DNA of 64,000 nt from Octopus vulgaris. Lineage: Eukaryota. The notes beneath the pieces are model-generated. The model ran no database searches. It worked only from the letters and a program-made list of their open reading frames with translations, and was not told the DNA's origin. Positions 57,248-64,000 of the stretch are shown here, piece after piece; positions within the stretch are counted from its first letter, which is position 1; each line of letters starts with the position of its first letter. Where the stretch lies: positions 4,340,001 to 4,404,000 of the forward strand of contig OX597835.1 of NCBI GenBank assembly GCA_951406725.2, read 5' to 3'. Made by a program: the position numbers and the translations under genes.

Positions 57248-57512
57248 AGGTGCAGGCGTGGGTGTGTGGTATAAAGCTTACTTCCCAGCCATATGGTTCT
57301 GAGTTCAATTCCACTGCACGGCACCTTGGGCAAGTGTTTTGTACTGTAGCCTTGGGCTGACCAAAGCCTTGTGAGTGGATTTGGTACATAGAAGCTGAAA
57401 GAAGCTTGTTGAATATACATATATATAGAGAGAGATTCAGATGAATATGGTACTTAAGTTAAAGGCACAAGAATTTGGTATTGTACTATCCATATAAATA
57501 TCTATCTATCTG

Positions 57513-57560
<48 letters not shown>

Positions 57561-57890
57561 CCTACCTACCTACCTACATACCTACCTACCTATCTATCTA
57601 TATATATGTGTGTGTGTGTGTGTGTGTATGCATGTATGTATGTATGTTTGCATGTATGTATATGTATATGTATATGTATATGTGTGTGTCTTTGTATCAG
57701 TGTTTGTCTCCCGCCACTGCTTGACAACCGGTGTTGGTGTGTTTACATCACTGTAACATAGCTGTTTGAGAAAAAGAATAAGTACGAGGCTTAAAAAAAT
57801 AAGTCCCGGGGTTGATTCATTTGACTAAAAATTCTTAAAGGCAGTGCCCCAGCATGGCCACAGTCTAAGGACTGAAACAAGTAAAAAGGA
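57248..57890 (+). mobile_element. SINE family B, full length, with expanded internal microsatellite and nested fragment
   Basis: Same 5' and 3' halves as 20085-20615; 57421-57495 matches 3243-3320. Confidence 0.85.
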
Positions 57891-58548
57891 TAGAAACATA
57901 TTTTGTAGAATTACATTTATTTTCGTTTAAGTCGTTGCTTTGGCACGACGGGCAAGGCATGAACATCACAATACCTCATTCTTCCCCTTCTTTAAAGACA
58001 GAAGGCATTTGTGCTTATATATATATATATAAAGACAAACATACAAACAGACCATTATAATAAATTGTTATAGTTTTTCTATATTTCTTCAAAGTTTTGG
58101 GTCCCTGGGGAAAACCCATTTGAATGTTTAACACAAGAAAATTCAATTCAGTTAAATAGAAAACGAAATAAAAGAGGACGGAGGTGGGCGGGGCGGGGAG
58201 AGACAGAGAGGAAGGGTAAGTGTTCGGGGTGGGGGCGATGAGGAGTGTGAGAATGATGAGACGAGGATAGGTATGTGTGTGTGTGTATAAGAAAATGTAG
58301 GATAGTTCTTGGCTTGTAAAATTACTTTCCCAAGACATATTATTGTGCTGCAACTGTTGGCAAGGGATTGAAAAGGACCCCTGTCGGGGCCTTTAACAAA
58401 CTGACTTTGCACGACCATCTATGGCACGCTTAAGTGCGAATTAACACATTCTGGATGGAAAACCCAGCACGGGTGCTTCAACGGGGAGATTCTTATCCAA
58501 GCCTGTTCATATCCGGTCGACATGAAAATCCCACTACAGTATGTGACG

Positions 58549-58625
<77 letters not shown>

Positions 58626-58750
58626 TGTGTGTGTATATACACACATATAAATATGCATAATATTAATATAAGTATGTATAGAAGCCAACATATATGAATG
58701 CGTGTTGAAATAAATATATATATATACACACACGCACACATATATATGTA

Positions 58751-58802
<52 letters not shown>

Positions 58803-58828
58803 TACATATATATGTGTGCGTGTGTGTA

Positions 58829-58884
<56 letters not shown>

Positions 58885-59118
58885 TATATATATACACACA
58901 TAGATACATTTTCCTTTTAGGGCTTTAAAAGTTCTCTTCATTGGCAACTTACTTTTCTCAGCGTTCTCTTCTCCCTACTTATCGCGTCCCCCCTCTCCCC
59001 CTTTCCCCCCCTCCCAACAATTCCCTTGTTTTTTTCTTTGTCGCTCATGTTGTTTTCACATCATCTTCTTGCGAACACCTCTTCATTCTGATAAACATAC
59101 GCACACACACGCACACAT

Positions 59119-59162
<44 letters not shown>

Positions 59163-59427
59163 AAACACGCATATTCCCTTACACATGGAGAGAAAACATT
59201 TACACACACAAATAGATATGCAGTATATGTATGTATATAATATGTTATACATACATTTAGGCTCATATATATATATATATATATTTCAAATTTGAAATAT
59301 ATATATGTTTGTATATATATATATATATAATACCTATATATATATATATATATATATAGTAATACCAGCGATTATAATTATTTTTATTTTATCTCAATTT
59401 GATTTGTTTATATATATATATAGGTAT

Positions 59428-59518
<91 letters not shown>

Positions 59519-59519
59519 C

Positions 59520-59818
59520 TATTAGCCGAACAAATTGGCCCCAGGACTTATTCTTTGTAAGCGAAGTACCTATTCTATTCTTTCGGCTACTCCACATTAA
59601 TAAGATGCAAATACTCCGAAACTAGTTTGTGGATGTTTGAACTAGCATGGAGAAGCTGTTGACCTCCCCTGTTCGAAGGTTGTAATGGATACAGGTTTGT
59701 GTATCACATAGCTAGCTAGAGGCGATGACCTCTTGGAGCTAATCTTGGAGCTAATCAACGGCAGTATTCGTCTTATTTTCCTGGGCTGCCATGTTAGCTT
59801 GGCGATAACTATTAATAT
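59520..59818 (+). repeat. PLE pLTR-like repeat with degenerate hammerhead (same family as 48673-48989)
   Basis: TGACCTCCC.TGTTCGAAGGTT.TAATGGATACAG is shared; TCCACA-TTAATAA...CGAAAC-TA-GTT-TGTGGA at 59591-59633. Left boundary approximate. Confidence 0.65.
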
Positions 59819-59978
59819 ATATATATGAAAGATGCATATACACGTACAAGTAAGACCGACACAGAAGGACCCTAATCCTTCCTCAGTTATCGACCAAAAA
59901 TACTAATATCCAATTGTAAATTGTAGCTTTCCACTAGTATTCGTTTGTCATTTTGCTCAAGTGGACTAAGGTGTTATA

Positions 59979-60941
59979 ATGGAGGTAGTTGAATGCAGAT
60001 CAGTAATCAAGTTCTTATACTTGAAAGGTCGTACACCAAAAGAGAGGTTTGATGAGATGAAAGGAGTTTATGATGACGATGCACCATCATACAGTATAGT
60101 CAAACACTGGCATCGCTAGTTCAAATGTGGTCGGATATCGGTGGTATCTGCTCCTATTCCGGGATGACCACATTCCACCATTGATGATGACAGCATCCAT
60201 AAAGTAAACACCACCATTTTGGAGGATCGCCGCATAACTATTCGACAAATAGTCCAAGAAGTGAAGGACCCGTGGAAAATATCATTCATCCCATTTCCAC
60301 ATGCGGAAGTTGTCTGTACGATGGATTCCTCAGATGTTCACAGCTTTTCAGAAGCAGGAATGAGTTAATTGCCCCCAGGATCTTTTGGCAATGTGCCAAG
60401 AAAACGAGGAAGTCTTTTTCGGCAGACTTATCACACAGATCCTGGGACTAAAGTCCAGTCGAAGCAATGGAAGCATGATAATTTACCACCTCCAAAGTAG
60501 GCTCATGATGCTCAAAGTCTTTCGGGACCAGTGCGAAGTAGCGATGATGGATTATCTAGAAAAGGGCACCACAATTAACCGGGCTAGCATGCTGACCAAA
60601 GCAGAGAGGCATGGCATGCTAACCAAAGGAGACTGCATGCTCCAAGACAAAGTCCCCGTTTACAATGCACATGTTGCCCAGATGAAAGCACACTCCTGCG
60701 GCTATGAAATTCTTCCTCACCCCCCTTACTCTCCTGACCTCGCACCACCTGACTTCAACCTCTTTCCAACTATGAAGTCTTTTTGAAAGGAAAGCACTTT
60801 TCGGATGATGAACTTATTTCCGGGGTAAAATCTTAGTTCCAGATGCAACCTACCGACTTCTACAGACGAGGTGTTCACAGCTGCATAAAGCGATGGAGGA
60901 AGTGTATCATCCTTGATGGTGGGTATGTAGAGAAGGACTAA
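59979..60941 (+). pseudogene. Mariner transposase pseudogene
   Basis: MEVVECRSVIKFLYLKGRTPKE... HPPYSPDLAPPDFNLF ... GGYVEKD*; several stops and frameshifts; right TIR ...TAATAAACACCCCTCGTA ends at 61013. Confidence 0.92.
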
Positions 60942-61081
60942 TTATGTCAAGTTTCGTTAATCGCACTCCTTGGGAAGTGGGTCAGGGGAAATCTTTAATA
61001 AACACCCCTCGTATGTTTTATATATATATATATATACATATATAACACCCCTCGTGTTATATATATATATATATATATATA

Positions 61082-61385
61082 ATACACAATGGGACAAGAA
61101 CGCAAAACATCCAGACTGTTAGGTGATACAAAAAACGGACAACAAAACATCCAGATAGATGATACAAAGAAAACAAGGACGGGTCATTCGGAGTTTTCTT
61201 TCCTCAGTCGAGTTCCAGATTATCTTTGCAATTTCGGCTGGTTATACTCGAGATTGCTCCAATCTGGCCAGCCCCAGGGAAAAACTAAGCTAACAGCATT
61301 AGATTCCGTGGAAGAAAGCAGCGAATGTATACGGAAACAAGGACGGAATAAAAACGGAACATTCAAGGCATTTTTAGTCGGATGA
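61082..61385 (-). repeat. Dispersed repeat (PLE pLTR-like), longer copy of 26940-27090
   Basis: Shared sequence; the minus strand has hammerhead-like CTGGGGC..GGC...GCC-GAAATT...AATC-TGGA. Confidence 0.6.
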
Positions 61386-61535
61386 ATCCATTCCAGGACA
61401 TTTTAAAGCCTAGTACTTATTTCATTGGGCTGTTTTCTCGAACCGCTAAGTTACGAGGACTTAAACACACCACCAGCGATCGTCAAGCGGTGTTGAAGGA
61501 GACACATACAGACACACACGCACACGCACAAACAC

Positions 61536-61566
<31 letters not shown>

Positions 61567-61830
61567 TACAAACACACATAGACACATATACCTATGTGTA
61601 TGCGAGCACGTGCTTCTATGAAAATATGTAGATATGCGCGTGGGGCTGCTGTTTATATATATATAGCTAAACGCACACACATTCACAATGAATTATTTAG
61701 ATATGTATATATATATATATATCACAAGCATGTACACCTACCTATCTATGCAGCTATATGTCTGCTAGCCTGAATCTATGTACGTATATGTATGCTTGTC
61801 TGTCTGTTCGTGTATGTGTGTGCATATATA

Positions 61831-61917
<87 letters not shown>

Positions 61918-62357
61918 TACACACACAAAGACATTTATATGTAATATATATTTGTGTGTAAATGTATGAGTGTGTGTGTATATGTATGTGTGTGTGTGTA
62001 GTTATGTATGCATATATATATATATATGCTTGTATAAATTATTCTCATCAAACTGGGTTGAGATGCTAAGGTCAAAAATATTTCGGTACTAAACCATTTT
62101 TCAGCCCCGAAAATCTACAACAGTTCATGTTGTATGCTGTGGATTCTTGGCTGATGTTGTTGTTGTTGTTGTTGTTAGTGGTGGGGTGGTGGTGATGGGG
62201 GTGGGGTCGGTGGTTGTTATGGTAATGATGACGGTCGTTGTAGTAGTAGCAGAATTTTTGGTGGGTTGGGGACGCTAGTGGTGGTCATCATGTGATGTTT
62301 GTTTTTCAGTTTTGGTGGTGAAACACATCGTGGAGGTATTGTTACTAAGGGTGCTTA

Positions 62358-62409
<52 letters not shown>

Positions 62410-62667
62410 TGTAATAGTAGTAGTAGTAGTAGTGTAAAAGCGAGAAAACCTCACAGGCTGGTATTTCTGAGAAATCAGAGGTGGCAAACAAAATACCTGC
62501 TGGTATTCTGGTCCATCCGTTTATGTTTTGGATTCAATCCCGCAAATGTCATCTTTGTCTTTCTCTGTTCCAGGGTCTATAAAATCAATGCCCCAATGTC
62601 GATATAATCGATAGACCTAAACCCTGTTTATAGAATTTTAAGATTTCCTTAATATTGGTTTGTGTGC

Positions 62668-62733
<66 letters not shown>

Positions 62734-63225
62734 GTGTGTGTGTGTGTATGTGTGTGTATGTGTGTGTGTGTGTGTGAGTTTATGTATGTATGAATGAATA
62801 AATAGTGTTGTTTATGCAATTACATGTACACGCATGCATGTTCTTACAAGTATGTGTGTGTGTATGTGCATTTAAACGCCTGTATATGTATATATTTGCA
62901 TGTCAGTATGTGTGTGTCTGTATACACCCGTGTGGGTGTATGTATTTACATGCCTGTCTATGGTGTTTGTGCGTGTATTTATACGTTTATTTGCTTGTGT
63001 GTGGTGTGTGTTCCAGATGTGGAGAAGGTATGAGAGGACACATCAATAACTGCCACCCCTGTAAATACCCTAACTACGCCAGACCACCTCGCCCGGGTAC
63101 GCAACTCAAACATTACTAAATGACTTGATGTCTTTCTACAGATGCTGACAAAACTCTTTCGGGGTGGAATATTCGAAATAGTTATAAGTGTTTGTGTTGT
63201 GTGGGTGGGTGTATTTCCCCTTATA

Positions 63226-63258
<33 letters not shown>

Positions 63259-64000
63259 GTATATATGTGCATACATATACACAAATATATTCGCATATAT
63301 ATCAGACACATAAATGTGTGTATATATATGTGTATGTATATATATATATGCATATATATATATATATGTATGTGTGTATGTATGTATATACATGTATATA
63401 TATATGTATACACACACATATACATGTGTGTATGTGTGTGTGCGTACATGTATGTGTGTATGTATTTATGTATGCGTATGTGTGTGTGCGTACATGTATG
63501 TGTGTATGTATTTATGTATGCGTATGTGTATGGGGTGGCAGCACTTGGCTTAGTGTTAAGGAACTAAAACTCAGGATTGTAAGATTGTGGTTTTCATTCC
63601 TGGGCCAAACGAGGCTTTGTGTTCTTAAGCAAAACAGTTTTTTCCACGGAATCCGGGAAACCGTCCTAATATGCCTATAAGCGAAGAAGGACCTTTTCGT
63701 TTTATCTATGAATTAAGCAGTCGAGGTGTCTGATCCGGCAGAAATTCGTACCATTAAATTTGAGTTGATGAAAATTTAAAATTAAAGTTTTACTTTCTAT
63801 CGCCCTTCTAACTACACTTTGGGGTCATTATAATCATGACCCGGCACAATAGCGATAGGGGTTGACCCGAGTGGAGTCAGGAAGAAGGTAAGTTTTCGAC
63901 ACAAGTTGTGCTCCTAACAATACAACTCTTCTATTTCCTGCCCTGACAACTAAACCATTGTGAAAGAAATGTGTTAAACTATGCAATCCTAAAATACATT

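Noticed and set aside
61043-61056. Second AACACCCCTCGT after the mariner right TIR
   Set aside because: Short local duplication within (TA)n, not a separate element.

Overview
Repeat-saturated, AT-rich animal genomic DNA, most likely a coleoid cephalopod such as Octopus (inferred from the tRNA-derived SINEs and the extreme microsatellite density). Almost every entry in the ORF track is a translated microsatellite, and no intact protein-coding gene is visible. The window holds three SINE families, decayed Tc1, mariner and maT transposons, a hAT MITE with an intact 8-bp TSD, a Ty3/Gypsy pol relic, a Helitron with an intact 3' end, CR1-, R4/Dong- and L1/Tx1-like LINE tails, and a Penelope-like (PLE) endonuclease relic. 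The notable signal is a high density of type I hammerhead-ribozyme motifs, about nine distinct repeat families and mostly degenerate. The best is a structured 358-nt unit present as a 1.18-mer direct repeat (41978-42398), the layout expected of a non-LTR retrozyme / circular-RNA-derived element. Other points are a family with a non-A base at core position 6, hammerheads with long stem II inserts, inverted PLE ends, and 184-bp SINE concatemers sharing one junction. A few unique-sequence islands may be exons of an unidentified gene. All folds and alignments were done by eye.
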